64,000 nucleotides of DNA, from NCBI GenBank assembly GCA_964057225.1, contig OZ059899.1, positions 4,402,001-4,466,000 on the forward strand. Direction: 5' to 3'. Source of the DNA: Auanema rhodensis (Eukaryota > Animalia > Nematoda). The notes beneath the pieces were generated by a model. The model saw only the letters and a list, made by a program, of their open reading frames with translations. It was not told where the DNA came from and made no database searches. The translations under genes and the position numbers were made by a program. This document shows positions 31,601 to 46,600 of this stretch, in pieces. Within the stretch, counting starts at the first letter, position 1. Every line of letters starts with the position of its first letter.

Positions 31601-34600
31601 ATTTTTCAAACGATCATAACTAATTTTTGTATTAAGCGTTTCTCAATGTAGTATAGTGCATTCGATGCGGATTTTTAAGCTGCGTCGATCTATGTTATCA
31701 GATTTGCGCTAGCTTAAAAATGCACCGAGATATCAACTGATATAAGTTTACACATATATCCTCGATTTTCACCCTGAAGAATGAATTTTTTCGTTGAATA
31801 ACATTGTCCATCGTCTTTGCCTTGAAAAAAGGAATCTAAAAACATCTACTTTTTGCTAAATTATTTTGAAATTTTTCGAAAAAATTTTTGTCAAAATGTT
31901 TTTGGAAGCAATGTTGAGTGTACATGGAAACTCAACATACACTAATGCATCATTTTTCAAACGATCATAACTAATTTTTGTATTAAGCGTTTCTCAATGT
32001 AGTATAGTGCATTCGATGCGGATTTTTAAGCTGCGTCGATCTGTGTTATCAGATTTGCGCTAGCTTAAAAATGCACCGAGATATCAACTGATATAAATTC
32101 ACACATATATCCTCGATTTTCACCCTGAAGAATTAATTTTTTCGTTGAATAACATTGTCCATCGTCTTTGCCTTGAAAAAAGAAATCTAAAAACATCTAC
32201 TTTTTGCTAAATTATTTTGAAATTTTCCGAAAAAATTTTTGTCAAAATGTTTTTGGAAGCAATGTTGAGTGTACATGGAAACTCAACATACACTAATGCA
32301 TCATTTTTCAAACGATCATAACTGATTTTTGTATTAAGCGTTTCTCAATGTAGTATAGTGCATTCGATGCGGATTTTCAAGCTGCGTCGATCTGTGTTAT
32401 CAGATTTGCGCTAGCTTAAAAATGCACCGAGATATCAACTGATATAAGTTCACACTTGTATCCTCGATTTTCACCCTGAACAATTATTTTTTTCGTTGAA
32501 TAACATTGTCCATCGTCTTTGCCTTGAAAAAAAGAAATCTAAAAACATCTACTTTTTGCTAAATTATTTTGAAATTTTCCGAAAAAATTTTTGTCAAAAT
32601 GTTTTTGGAAGCAATGTTGAGTGTACATGGAAACTCAACATACACTAATGCATCATTTTTCAAACGATCATAACTGATTTTGTATTAAGCGTTTCTCAAT
32701 GTAGTATAGTGCATTCGATGCGGATTTTTAAGCTGCGTCGATCCGTGTTATCAGATTTGCGCTAGCTTAAAAATGCACCGAGATATCAACAGATATATGT
32801 TCACACTTATATCCTCGATTTTCACCCTGAAGAATTAATTTTTTCGTTGAAAAATATTGTCCATCGTCTTTGCCTTGAAAAAAGGAATCTAAAAACATCT
32901 ACTTTTTGCTAAATTATTTTGAAATTTTTTGAAAAAATTTTTGTCAAAATGTTTTTGGAAGCAATGTTGAGTGTACATGGAAACTCAACATACACTAATG
33001 CATCATTTTTCAAACGATCATAACTGATTTTTGTATTAAGCGTTTCTCAATGTAGTATAAGGCATTCGATGCGGATTTTTAAGCTGCGTCGATCTATGTT
33101 ATCAGATTTGCGCTAGCTTAAAAATGCACCGAGATATCAACTGATATATGTTCACACTTATATCCTCGATTTTCACCCTGAAGAATTAATTTTTTCGTTG
33201 AAAAATATTGTCCATCGTCTTTGCCTTGAAAAAAGGAATCTAAAAACATCTACTTTTTGCTAAATTATTTTGAAATTTTTCGAAAAAATTTTTGTCAAAA
33301 TGTTTTTGGAAGCAATGTTGAGTGTACATGGAAACTCAACATACACTAATGCATCATTTTTCAAACGATCATAACTGATTTTTGTATTAAGCGTTTCTCA
33401 ATGTAGTATAAGGCATTCGATGCGGATTTTTAAGCTGCGTCGATCTATGTTATCAGATTTGCGCTAGCTTAAAAATGCACCGAGATATCAACTGATATAA
33501 GTTTACACATATATCCTCGATTTTCACCCTGAAGAATGAATTTTTTCGTTGAATAACATTGTCCATCGTCTTTGCCTTGAAAAAAGGAATCTAAAAACAT
33601 CTACTTTTTGCTAAATTATTTTGAAATTTTTCGAAAAAATTTTTGTCAAAATGTTTTTGGAAGCAATGTTGAGTGTACATGGAAACTCAACATACACCAA
33701 TGCATCATTTTTCAAACGATCATAACTAATTTTTGTATTAAGCGTTTCTCAATGTAGTATAGTGCATTCGATGCGGATTTTTAAGCTGCGTCGATCTGTG
33801 TTATCAGATTTGCGCTAGCTTAAAAATGCACCGAGATATCAACTGATATAAGTTCACACTTATATTCTCGATTTTCACCCTGAAGAATTAATTTTTTCGT
33901 TGAATAACATTGTCCATCGTCTTTGCCTTGAAAAAAGAAATCTAAAAACATCTACTTTTTGCTAAATTATTTTGAAATTTTCCGAAAAAATTTTTGTCAA
34001 AATGTTTTTGGAAGCAATGTTGAGTGTACATGGAAACTCAACATACACTAATGCATCATTTTTCAAACGATCATAACTGATTTTTGTATTAAGAGTTTCT
34101 CAATGTAGTATAGTGCATTCGATGCGGATTTTTAAGCTGCGTCGATCTGTGTTATCAGATTTGCGCTAGCTTAAAAATGCACCGAGATATCAACTGATAT
34201 AAATTCACACATATATCCTCGATTTTCACCCTGAAGAATGAATTTTTTCGTAGAATAACATTGTCCATCGTCTTTGCCTTGAAAAAAGGAATCTAAAAAC
34301 ATCTACTTTTTGCTAAATTATTTTGAAATTTTTTGAAAAAATTTTTGTCAAAATGTTTTTGGAAGCAATGTTGAGTGTACATGGAAACTCAACATACACT
34401 AATGCATCATTTTTCAAACGATCATAACTAATTTTTGTATTAAGCGTTTCTCAATGTAGTATAGTGCATTCGATGCGGATTTTTAAGCTGCGTCGATCCG
34501 TGTTATCAGATTTGCGCTAGCTTAAAAATGCACCGAGATATCAACTGATATAAGTTCACACTTACATTCTCGATTTTCACCCTGAAGAATGAATTTTTTC

Positions 34601-37600
34601 GTTGAATAACATTGTCCATCGTCTTTGCCTTGAAAAAAGGAATCTAAAAACATCTACTTTTTGCTAAATTATTTTGAAATTTTTCGAAAAAATTTTTGTC
34701 AAAATGTTTTTGGAAGCAATGTTGAGTGTACATGGAAACTCAACATACACTAATGCATCATTTTTCAAACGATCATAACTAATTTTTGTATTAAGCGTTT
34801 CTCAATGTAGTATAGTGCATTCGATGCGGATTTTTAAGCTGCGTCGATCTGTGTTATCAGATTTGCGCTAGCTTAAAAATGCACCGAGATATCAACTGAT
34901 ATAAGTTCACACTTATATTCTCGATTTTCACCCTGAAGAATTAATTTTTTCGTTGAATAACATTGTCCATCGTCTTTGCCTTGAAAAAAGAAATCTAAAA
35001 ACATCTACTTTTTGCTAAATTATTTTGAAATTTTCCGAAAAAATTTTTGTCAAAATGTTTTTGGAAGCAATGTTGAGTGTACATGGAAACTCAACATACA
35101 CTAATGCATCATTTTTCAAACGATCATAACTGATTTTTGTATTGAGAGTTTCTCAATGTAGTATAGTGCATTCGATGCGGATTTTTAAGCTGCGTCGATC
35201 TGTGTTATCAGATTTGCGCTAGCTTAAAAATGCACCGAGATATCAACTGATATAAATTCACACATATATCCTCGATTTTCACCCTGAAGAATTAATTTTT
35301 TCGTTGAATAACATTGTCCATCGTCTTTGCCTTGAAAAAAGAAATCTAAAAACATCTACTTTTTGCTAAATTATTTTGAAATTTTCCGAAAAAATTTTTG
35401 TCAAAATGTTTTTGGAAGCAATGTTGAGTGTACATGGAAACTCAACATACACTAATGCATCATTTTTCAAACGATCATAACTAATTTTTGTATTAAGCGT
35501 TTCTCAATGTAGTATAGTGCATTCGATGCGGATTTTTAAGCTGCGTCGATCTGTGTTATCAGATTTGCGCTAGCTTAAAAATGCACCGAGATATCAACTG
35601 ATATAAGTTCACACTTATATTCTCGATTTTCACCCTGAAGAATTAATTTTTTCGTTGAATAACATTGTCCATCGTCTTTGCCTTGAAAAAAGAAATCTAA
35701 AAACATCTACTTTTTGCTAAATTATTTTGAAATTTTCCGAAAAAATTTTTGTCAAAATGTTTTTGGAAGCAATGTTGAGTGTACATGGAAACTCAACATA
35801 CACTAATGCATCATTTTTCAAACGATCATAACTGATTTTTGTATTAAGAGTTTCTCAATGTAGTATAGTGCATTCGATGCGGATTTTTAAGCTGCGTCGA
35901 TCTGTGTTATCAGATTTGCGCTAGCTTAAAAATGCACCGAGATATCAACTGATATAAATTCACACATATATCCTCGATTTTCACCCTGAAGAATTAATTT
36001 TTTCGTTGAATAACATTGTCCATCGTCTTTGCCTTGAAAAAAGAAATCTAAAAACATCTACTTTTTGCTAAATTATTTTGAAATTTTCCGAAAAAATTTT
36101 TGTCAAAATGTTTTTGGAAGCAATGTTGAGTGTACATGGAAACTCAACATACACTAATGCATCATTTTTCAAACGATCATAACTGATTTTTGTATTAAGC
36201 GTTTCTCAATGTAGTATAGTGCATTCGATGCGGATTTTCAAGCTGCGTCGATCTGTGTTATCAGATTTGCGCTAGCTTAAAAATGCACCGAGATATCAAC
36301 TGATATAAGTTCACACTTACATTCTCGATTTTCACCCTGAAGAATGAATTTTTTCGTTGAATAACATTGTCCATCGTCTTTGCCTTGAAAAAAGGAATCT
36401 AAAAACATCTACTTTTTGCTAAATTATTTTGAAATTTTTCAAAAAAATTTTTGTCAAAATGTTTTTGGAAGCAATGTTGAGTGTACATGGAAACTCAACA
36501 TACACTAATGCATCATTTTTCAAACGATCATAACTAATTTTTGTATTAAGCGTTTCTCAATGTAGTATAGTGCATTCGATGCGGATTTTTAAGCTGCGTC
36601 GATCTATGTTATCAGATTTGCGCTAGCTTAAAAATGCACCGAGATATCAACTGATATAAGTTTACACATATATCCTCGATTTTCACCCTGAAGAATGAAT
36701 TTTTTCGTTGAATAACATTGTCCATCGTCTTTGCCTTGAAAAAAGGAATCTAAAAACATCTACTTTTTGCTAAATTATTTTGAAATTTTTCGAAAAAATT
36801 TTTGTCAAAATGTTTTTGGAAGCAATGTTGAGTGTACATGGAAACTCAACATACACTAATGCATCATTTTTCAAACGATCATAACTAATTTTTGTATTAA
36901 GCGTTTCTCAATGTAGTATAGTGCATTCGATGCGGATTTTTAAGCTGCGTCGATCTGTGTTATCAGATTTGCGCTAGCTTAAAAATGCACCGAGATATCA
37001 ACTGATATAAATTCACACATATATCCTCGATTTTCACCCTGAAGAATTAATTTTTTCGTTGAATAACATTGTCCATCGTCTTTGCCTTGAAAAAAGAAAT
37101 CTAAAAACATCTACTTTTTGCTAAATTATTTTGAAATTTTCCGAAAAAATTTTTGTCAAAATGTTTTTGGAAGCAATGTTGAGTGTACATGGAAACTCAA
37201 CATACACTAATGCATCATTTTTCAAACGATCATAACTGATTTTTGTATTAAGCGTTTCTCAATGTAGTATAGTGCATTCGATGCGGATTTTTAAGCTGCG
37301 TCGATCTATGTTATCAGATTTGCGCTAGCTTAAAAATGCACCGAGATATCAACTGATATAAGTTTACACATATATCCTCGATTTTCACCCTGAAGAATGA
37401 ATTTTTTCGTTGAATAACATTGTCCATCGTCTTTGCCTTGAAAAAAGGAATCTAAAAACATCTACTTTTTGCTAAATTATTTTGAAATTTTTCGAAAAAA
37501 TTTTTGTCAAAATGTTTTTGGAAGCAATGTTGAGTGTACATGGAAACTCAACATACACTAATGCATCATTTTTCAAACGATCATAACTAATTTTTGTATT

Positions 37601-40600
37601 AAGCGTTTCTCAATGTAGTATAGTGCATTCGATGCGGATTTTTAAGCTGCGTCGATCTGTGTTATCAGATTTGCGCTAGCTTAAAAATGCACCGAGATAT
37701 CAACTGATATAAATTCACACATATATCCTCGATTTTCACCCTGAAGAATTAATTTTTTCGTTGAATAACATTGTCCATCGTCTTTGCCTTGAAAAAAAAA
37801 ATCTAAAAACATCTACTTTTTGCTAAATTATTTTGAAATTTTCCGAAAAAATTTTTGTCAAAATGTTTTTGGAAGCAATGTTGAGTGTACATGGAAACTC
37901 AACATACACTAATGCATCATTTTTCAAACGATCATAACTGATTTTTGTATTAAGCGTTTCTCAATGTAGTATAGTGCATTCGATGCGGATTTTCAAGCTG
38001 CGTCGATCTGTGTTATCAGATTTGCGCTAGCTTAAAAATGCACCGAGATATCAACTGATATAAGTTCACACTTGTATCCTCGATTTTCACCCTGAACAAT
38101 TATTTTTTTCGTTGAATAACATTGTCCATCGTCTTTGCCTTGAAAAAAAGAAATCTAAAAACATCTACTTTTTGCTAAATTATTTTGAAATTTTCCGAAA
38201 AAATTTTTGTCAAAATGTTTTTGGAAGCAATGTTGAGTGTACATGGAAACTCAACATACACTAATGCATCATTTTTCAAACGATCATAACTGATTTTGTA
38301 TTAAGCGTTTCTCAATGTAGTATAGTGCATTCGATGCGGATTTTTAAGCTGCGTCGATCCGTGTTATCAGATTTGCGCTAGCTTAAAAATGCACCGAGAT
38401 ATCAACAGATATATGTTCACACTTATATCCTCGATTTTCACCCTGAAGAATTAATTTTTTCGTTGAAAAATATTGTCCATCGTCTTTGCCTTGAAAAAAG
38501 GAATCTAAAAACATCTACTTTTTGCTAAATTATTTTGAAATTTTTTGAAAAAATTTTTGTCAAAATGTTTTTGGAAGCAATGTTGAGTGTACATGGAAAC
38601 TCAACATACACTAATGCATCATTTTTCAAACGATCATAACTGATTTTTGTATTAAGCGTTTCTCAATGTAGTATAAGGCATTCGATGCGGATTTTTAAGC
38701 TGCGTCGATCTATGTTATCAGATTTGCGCTAGCTTAAAAATGCACCGAGATATCAACAGATATATGTTCACACTTATATCCTCGATTTTCACCCTGAAGA
38801 ATTAATTTTTTCGTTGAAAAATATTGTCCATCGTCTTTGCCTTGAAAAAAGGAATCTAAAAACATCTACTTTTTGCTAAATTATTTTGAAATTTTTTGAA
38901 AAAATTTTTGTCAAAATGTTTTTGGAAGCAATGTTGAGTGTACATGGAAACTCAACATACACTAATGCATCATTTTTCAAACGATCATAACTGATTTTTG
39001 TATTAAGCGTTTCTCAATGTAGTATAAGGCATTCGATGCGGATTTTTAAGCTGCGTCGATCTATGTTATCAGATTTGCGCTAGCTTAAAAATGCACCGAG
39101 ATATCAACTGATATAAGTTTACACATATATCCTCGATTTTCACCCTGAAGAATGAATTTTTTCGTTGAATAACATTGTCCATCGTCTTTGCCTTGAAAAA
39201 AGGAATCTAAAAACATCTACTTTTTGCTAAATTATTTTGAAATTTTTCGAAAAAATTTTTGTCAAAATGTTTTTGGAAGCAATGTTGAGTGTACATGGAA
39301 ACTCAACATACACTAATGCATCATTTTTCAAACGATCATAACTAATTTTTGTATTAAGCGTTTCTCAATGTAGTATAGTGCATTCGATGCGGATTTTTAA
39401 GCTGCGTCGATCTGTGTTATCAGATTTGCGCTAGCTTAAAAATGCACCGAGATATCAACTGATATAAGTTCACACTTATATTCTCGATTTTCACCCTGAA
39501 GAATTAATTTTTTCGTTGAATAACATTGTCCATCGTCTTTGCCTTGAAAAAAGAAATCTAAAAACATCTACTTTTTGCTAAATTATTTTGAAATTTTCCG
39601 AAAAAATTTTTGTCAAAATGTTTTTGGAAGCAATGTTGAGTGTACATGGAAACTCAACATACACTAATGCATCATTTTTCAAACGATCATAACTGATTTT
39701 TGTATTAAGAGTTTCTCAATGTAGTATAGTGCATTCGATGCGGATTTTTAAGCTGCGTCGATCTGTGTTATCAGATTTGCGCTAGCTTAAAAATGCACCG
39801 AGATATCAACTGATATAAATTCACACATATATCCTCGATTTTCACCCTGAAGAATGAATTTTTTCGTAGAATAACATTGTCCATCGTCTTTGCCTTGAAA
39901 AAAGGAATCTAAAAACATCTACTTTTTGCTAAATTATTTTGAAATTTTTTGAAAAAATTTTTGTCAAAATGTTTTTGGAAGCAATGTTGAGTGTACATGG
40001 AAACTCAACATACACTAATGCATCATTTTTCAAACGATCATAACTAATTTTTGTATTAAGCGTTTCTCAATGTAGTATAGTGCATTCGATGCGAATTTTT
40101 AAGCTGCGTCGATCCGTGTTATCAGATTTGCGCTAGCTTAAAAATGCACCGAGATATCAACTGATATAAGTTCACACTTACATTCTCGATTTTCACCCTG
40201 AAGAATGAATTTTTTCGTTGAATAACATTGTCCATCGTCTTTGCCTTGAAAAAAGGAATCTAAAAACATCTACTTTTTGCTAAATTATTTTGAAATTTTT
40301 CGAAAAAATTTTTGTCAAAATGTTTTTGGAAGCAATGTTGAGTGTACATGGAAACTCAACATACACTAATGCATCATTTTTCAAACGATCATAACTGATT
40401 TTTGTATTAAGCGTTTCTCAATGTAGTATAGTGCATTCGATGCGGATTTTCAAGCTGCGTCGATCTGTGTTATCAGATTTGCGCTAGCTTAAAAATGCAC
40501 CGAGATATCAACTGATATAAGTTCACACTTGTATCCTCGATTTTCACCCTGAACAATTATTTTTTTCGTTGAATAACATTGTCCATCGTCTTTGCCTTGA

Positions 40601-43600
40601 AAAAAAGAAATCTAAAAACATCTACTTTTTGCTAAATTATTTTGAAATTTTCCGAAAAAATTTTTGTCAAAATGTTTTTGGAAGCAATGTTGAGTGTACA
40701 TGGAAACTCAACATACACTAATGCATCATTTTTCAAACGATCATAACTGATTTTGTATTAAGCGTTTCTCAATGTAGTATAGTGCATTCGATGCGGATTT
40801 TTAAGCTGCGTCGATCCGTGTTATCAGATTTGCGCTAGCTTAAAAATGCACCGAGATATCAACAGATATATGTTCACACTTATATCCTCGATTTTCACCC
40901 TGAAGAATTAATTTTTTCGTTGAAAAATATTGTCCATCGTCTTTGCCTTGAAAAAAGGAATCTAAAAACATCTACTTTTTGCTAAATTATTTTGAAATTT
41001 TTTGAAAAAATTTTTGTCAAAATGTTTTTGGAAGCAATGTTGAGTGTACATGGAAACTCAACATACACTAATGCATCATTTTTCAAACGATCATAACTGA
41101 TTTTTGTATTAAGCGTTTCTCAATGTAGTATAAGGCATTCGATGCGGATTTTTAAGCTGCGTCGATCTATGTTATCAGATTTGCGCTAGCTTAAAAATGC
41201 ACCGAGATATCAACAGATATATGTTCACACTTATATCCTCGATTTTCACCCTGAAGAATTAATTTTTTCGTTGAAAAATATTGTCCATCGTCTTTGCCTT
41301 GAAAAAAGGAATCTAAAAACATCTACTTTTTGCTAAATTATTTTGAAATTTTTTGAAAAAATTTTTGTCAAAATGTTTTTGGAAGCAATGTTGAGTGTAC
41401 ATGGAAACTCAACATACACTAATGCATCATTTTTCAAACGATCATAACTGATTTTTGTATTAAGCGTTTCTCAATGTAGTATAAGGCATTCGATGCGGAT
41501 TTTTAAGCTGCGTCGATCTATGTTATCAGATTTGCGCTAGCTTAAAAATGCACCGAGATATCAACTGATATAAGTTTACACATATATCCTCGATTTTCAC
41601 CCTGAAGAATGAATTTTTTCGTTGAATAACATTGTCCATCGTCTTTGCCTTGAAAAAAGGAATCTAAAAACATCTACTTTTTGCTAAATTATTTTGAAAT
41701 TTTTCGAAAAAATTTTTGTCAAAATGTTTTTGGAAGCAATGTTGAGTGTACATGGAAACTCAACATACACTAATGCATCATTTTTCAAACGATCATAACT
41801 AATTTTTGTATTAAGCGTTTCTCAATGTAGTATAGTGCATTCGATGCGGATTTTTAAGCTGCGTCGATCTGTGTTATCAGATTTGCGCTAGCTTAAAAAT
41901 GCACCGAGATATCAACTGATATAAGTTCACACTTATATTCTCGATTTTCACCCTGAAGAATTGATTTTTTCGTTGAATAACATTGTCCATCGTCTTTGCC
42001 TTGAAAAAAGAAATCTAAAAACATCTACTTTTTGCTAAATTATTTTGAAATTTTTCGAAAACATTTTTGTCAAAATGTTTTTGGAAGCAATGTTGAGTGT
42101 ACATGGAAACTCAACATACACTAATGCATCATTTTTCAAACGATCATAACTGATTTTTGTATTAAGAGTTTCTCAATGTAGTATAGTGCATTCGATGCGG
42201 ATTTTTAAGCTGCGTCGATCTGTGTTATCAGATTTGCGCTAGCTTAAAAATGCACCGAGATATCAACTGATATAAATTCACACATATATCCTCGATTTTC
42301 ACCCTGAAGAATGAATTTTTTCGTAGAATAACATTGTCCATCGTCTTTGCCTTGAAAAAAGGAATCTAAAAACATCTACTTTTTGCTAAATTATTTTGAA
42401 ATTTTTTGAAAAAATTTTTGTCAAAATGTTTTTGGAAGCAATGTTGAGTGTACATGGAAACTCAACATACACTAATGCATCATTTTTCAAACGATCATAA
42501 CTAATTTTTGTATTAAGCGTTTCTCAATGTAGTATAGTGCATTCGATGCGAATTTTTAAGCTGCGTCGATCCGTGTTATCAGATTTGCGCTAGCTTAAAA
42601 ATGCACCGAGATATCAACTGATATAAGTTCACACTTACATTCTCGATTTTCACCCTGAAGAATGAATTTTTTCGTTGAATAACATTGTCCATCGTCTTTG
42701 CCTTGAAAAAAGGAATCTAAAAACATCTACTTTTTGCTAAATTATTTTGAAATTTTTCGAAAAAATTTTTGTCAAAATGTTTTTGGAAGCAATGTTGAGT
42801 GTACATGGAAACTCAACATACACTAATGCATCATTTTTCAAACGATCATAACTAATTTTTGTATTAAGCGTTTCTCAATGTAGTATAGTGCATTCGATGC
42901 GGATTTTTAAGCTGCGTCGATCTGTGTTATCAGATTTGCGCTAGCTTAAAAATGCACCGAGATATCAACTGATATAAGTTCACACTTATATTCTCGATTT
43001 TCACCCTGAAGAATTAATTTTTTCGTTGAATAACATTGTCCATCGTCTTTGCCTTGAAAAAAGAAATCTAAAAACATCTACTTTTTGCTAAATTATTTTG
43101 AAATTTTCCGAAAAAATTTTTGTCAAAATGTTTTTGGAAGCAATGTTGAGTGTACATGGAAACTCAACATACACTAATGCATCATTTTTCAAACGATCAT
43201 AACTGATTTTTGTATTAAGAGTTTCTCAATGTAGTATAGTGCATTCGATGCGGATTTTTAAGCTGCGTCGATCTGTGTTATCAGATTTGCGCTAGCTTAA
43301 AAATGCACCGAGATATCAACTGATATAAATTCACACATATATCCTCGATTTTCACCCTGAAGAATTAATTTTTTCGTTGAATAACATTGTCCATCGTCTT
43401 TGCCTTGAAAAAAGAAATCTAAAAACATCTACTTTTTGCTAAATTATTTTGAAATTTTCCGAAAAAATTTTTGTCAAAATGTTTTTGGAAGCAATGTTGA
43501 GTGTACATGGAAACTCAACATACACTAATGCATCATTTTTCAAACGATCATAACTAATTTTTGTATTAAGCGTTTCTCAATGTAGTATAGTGCATTCGAT

Positions 43601-46600
43601 GCGGATTTTTAAGCTGCGTCGATCTGTGTTATCAGATTTGCGCTAGCTTAAAAATGCACCGAGATATCAACTGATATATGTTCACACTTATATTCTCGAT
43701 TTTCACCCTGAAGAATTAATTTTTTCGTTGAATAACATTGTCCATCGTCTTTGCCTTGAAAAAAGAAATCTAAAAACATCTACTTTTTGCTGAATTATTT
43801 TGAAATTTTCCGAAAAAATTTTTGTCAAAATGTTTTTGGAAGCAATGTTGAGTGTACATGGAAACTCAACATACACTAATGCATCATTTTTCAAACGATC
43901 ATAACTGATTTTTGTATTAAGAGTTTCTCAATGTAGTATAGTGCATTCGATGCGGATTTTTAAGCTGCGTCGATCTGTGTTATCAGATTTGCGCTAGCTT
44001 AAAAATGCACCGAGATATCAACTGATATAAGTTCACACTTATATTCTCGATTTTCACCCTGAAGAATTAATTTTTTCGTTGAATAACATTGTCCATCGTC
44101 TTTGCCTTGAAAAAAGAAATCTAAAAACATCTACTTTTTGCTAAATTATTTTGAAATTTTCCGAAAAAATTTTTGTCAAAATGTTTTTGGAAGCAATGTT
44201 GAGTGTACATGGAAACTCAACATACACTAATGCATCATTTTTCAAACGATCATAACTGATTTTTGTATTAAGAGTTTCTCAATGTAGTATAGTGCATTCG
44301 ATGCGGATTTTTAAGCTGCGTCGATCTGTGTTATCAGATTTGCGCTAGCTTAAAAATGCACCGAGATATCAACTGATATAAGTTCACACTTATATTCTCG
44401 ATTTTCACCCTGAAGAATTAATTTTTTCGTTGAATAACATTGTCCATCGTCTTTGCCTTGAAAAAAGAAATCTAAAAACATCTACTTTTTGCTAAATTAT
44501 TTTGAAATTTTCCGAAAAAATTTTTGTCAAAATGTTTTTGGAAGCAATGTTGAGTGTACATGGAAACTCAACATACACTAATGCATCATTTTTCAAACGA
44601 TCATAACTGATTTTTGTATTAAGAGTTTCTCAATGTAGTATAGTGCATTCGATGCGGATTTTTAAGCTGCGTCGATCTGTGTTATCAGATTTGCGCTAGC
44701 TTAAAAATGCACCGAGATATCAACTGATATAAATTCACACATATATCCTCGATTTTCACCCTGAAGAATTAATTTTTTCGTTGAATAACATTGTCCATCG
44801 TCTTTGCCTTGAAAAAAGAAATCTAAAAACATCTACTTTTTGCTAAATTATTTTGAAATTTTCCGAAAAAATTTTTGTCAAAATGTTTTTGGAAGCAATG
44901 TTGAGTGTACATGGAAACTCAACATACACTAATGCATCATTTTTCAAACGATCATAACTAATTTTTGTATTAAGCGTTTCTCAATGTAGTATAGTGCATT
45001 CGATGCGGATTTTTAAGCTGCGTCGATCTGTGTTATCAGATTTGCGCTAGCTTAAAAATGCACCGAGATATCAACTGATATATGTTCACACTTATATTCT
45101 CGATTTTCACCCTGAAGAATTAATTTTTTCGTTGAATAACATTGTCCATCGTCTTTGCCTTGAAAAAAGAAATCTAAAAACATCTACTTTTTGCTGAATT
45201 ATTTTGAAATTTTCCGAAAAAATTTTTGTCAAAATGTTTTTGGAAGCAATGTTGAGTGTACATGGAAACTCAACATACACTAATGCATCATTTTTCAAAC
45301 GATCATAACTGATTTTTGTATTAAGAGTTTTTCAATGTAGTATAGTGCATTCGATGCGGATTTTTAAGCTGCGTCGATCTGTGTTATCAGATTTGCGCTA
45401 GCTTAAAAATGCACCGAGATATCAACTGATATAAATTCACACATATATCCTCGATTTTCACCCTGAAGAATTAATTTTTTCGTTGAATAACATTGTCCAT
45501 CGTCTTTGCCTTGAAAAAAGAAATCTAAAAACATCTACTTTTTGCTAAATTATTTTGAAATTTTCCGAAAAAATTTTTGTCAAAATGTTTTTGGAAGCAA
45601 TGTTGAGTGTACATGGAAACTCAACATACACTAATGCATCATTTTTCAAACGATCATAACTGATTTTTGTATTAAGCGTTTCTCAATGTAGTATAGTGCA
45701 TTCGATGCGGATTTTCAAACTGCGTCGATCTGTGTTATCAGATTTGCGCTAGCTTAAAAATGCACCGAGATATCAACTGATATAAGTTCACACTTACATT
45801 CTCGATTTTCACCCTGAAGAATGAATTTTTTCGTTGAATAACATTGTCCATCGTCTTTGCCTTGAAAAAAGGAATCTAAAAACATCTACTTTTTGCTAAA
45901 TTATTTTGAAATTTTTCGAAAAAATTTTTGTCAAAATGTTTTTGGAAGCAATGTTGAGTGTACATGGAAACTCAACATACACTAATGCATCATTTTTCAA
46001 ACGATCATAACTAATTTTTGTATTAAGCGTTTCTTAATGTAGTATAGTGCATTCGATGCGGATTTTTAAGCTGCGTCGATCTGTGTTATCAGATTTGCGC
46101 TAGCTTAAAAATGCACCGAGATATCAACTGATATAAGTTCACACTTATATTCTCGATTTTCACCCTGAAGAATTAATTTTTTCGTTGAATAACATTGTCC
46201 ATCGTCTTTGCCTTGAAAAAAGAAATCTAAAAACATCTACTTTTTGCTAAATTATTTTGAAATTTTCCGAAAAAATTTTTGTCAAAATGTTTTTGGAAGC
46301 AATGTTGAGTGTACATGGAAACTCAACATACACTAATGCATCATTTTTCAAACGATCATAACTGATTTTTGTATTAAGAGTTTCTCAATGTAGTATAGTG
46401 CATTCGATGCGGATTTTTAAGCTGCGTCGATCTGTGTTATCAGATTTGCGCTAGCTTAAAAATGCACCGAGATATCAACTGATATAAATTCACACATATA
46501 TCCTCGATTTTCACCCTGAAGAATTAATTTTTTCGTTGAATAACATTGTCCATCGTCTTTGCCTTGAAAAAAGAAATCTAAAAACATCTACTTTTTGCTA

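Noticed and set aside
43703-45298. Two identical 63 aa ORFs in the satellite
   Set aside because: They arise from one A>G variant that removes a stop in two monomers 4x351 apart; they are not genes.
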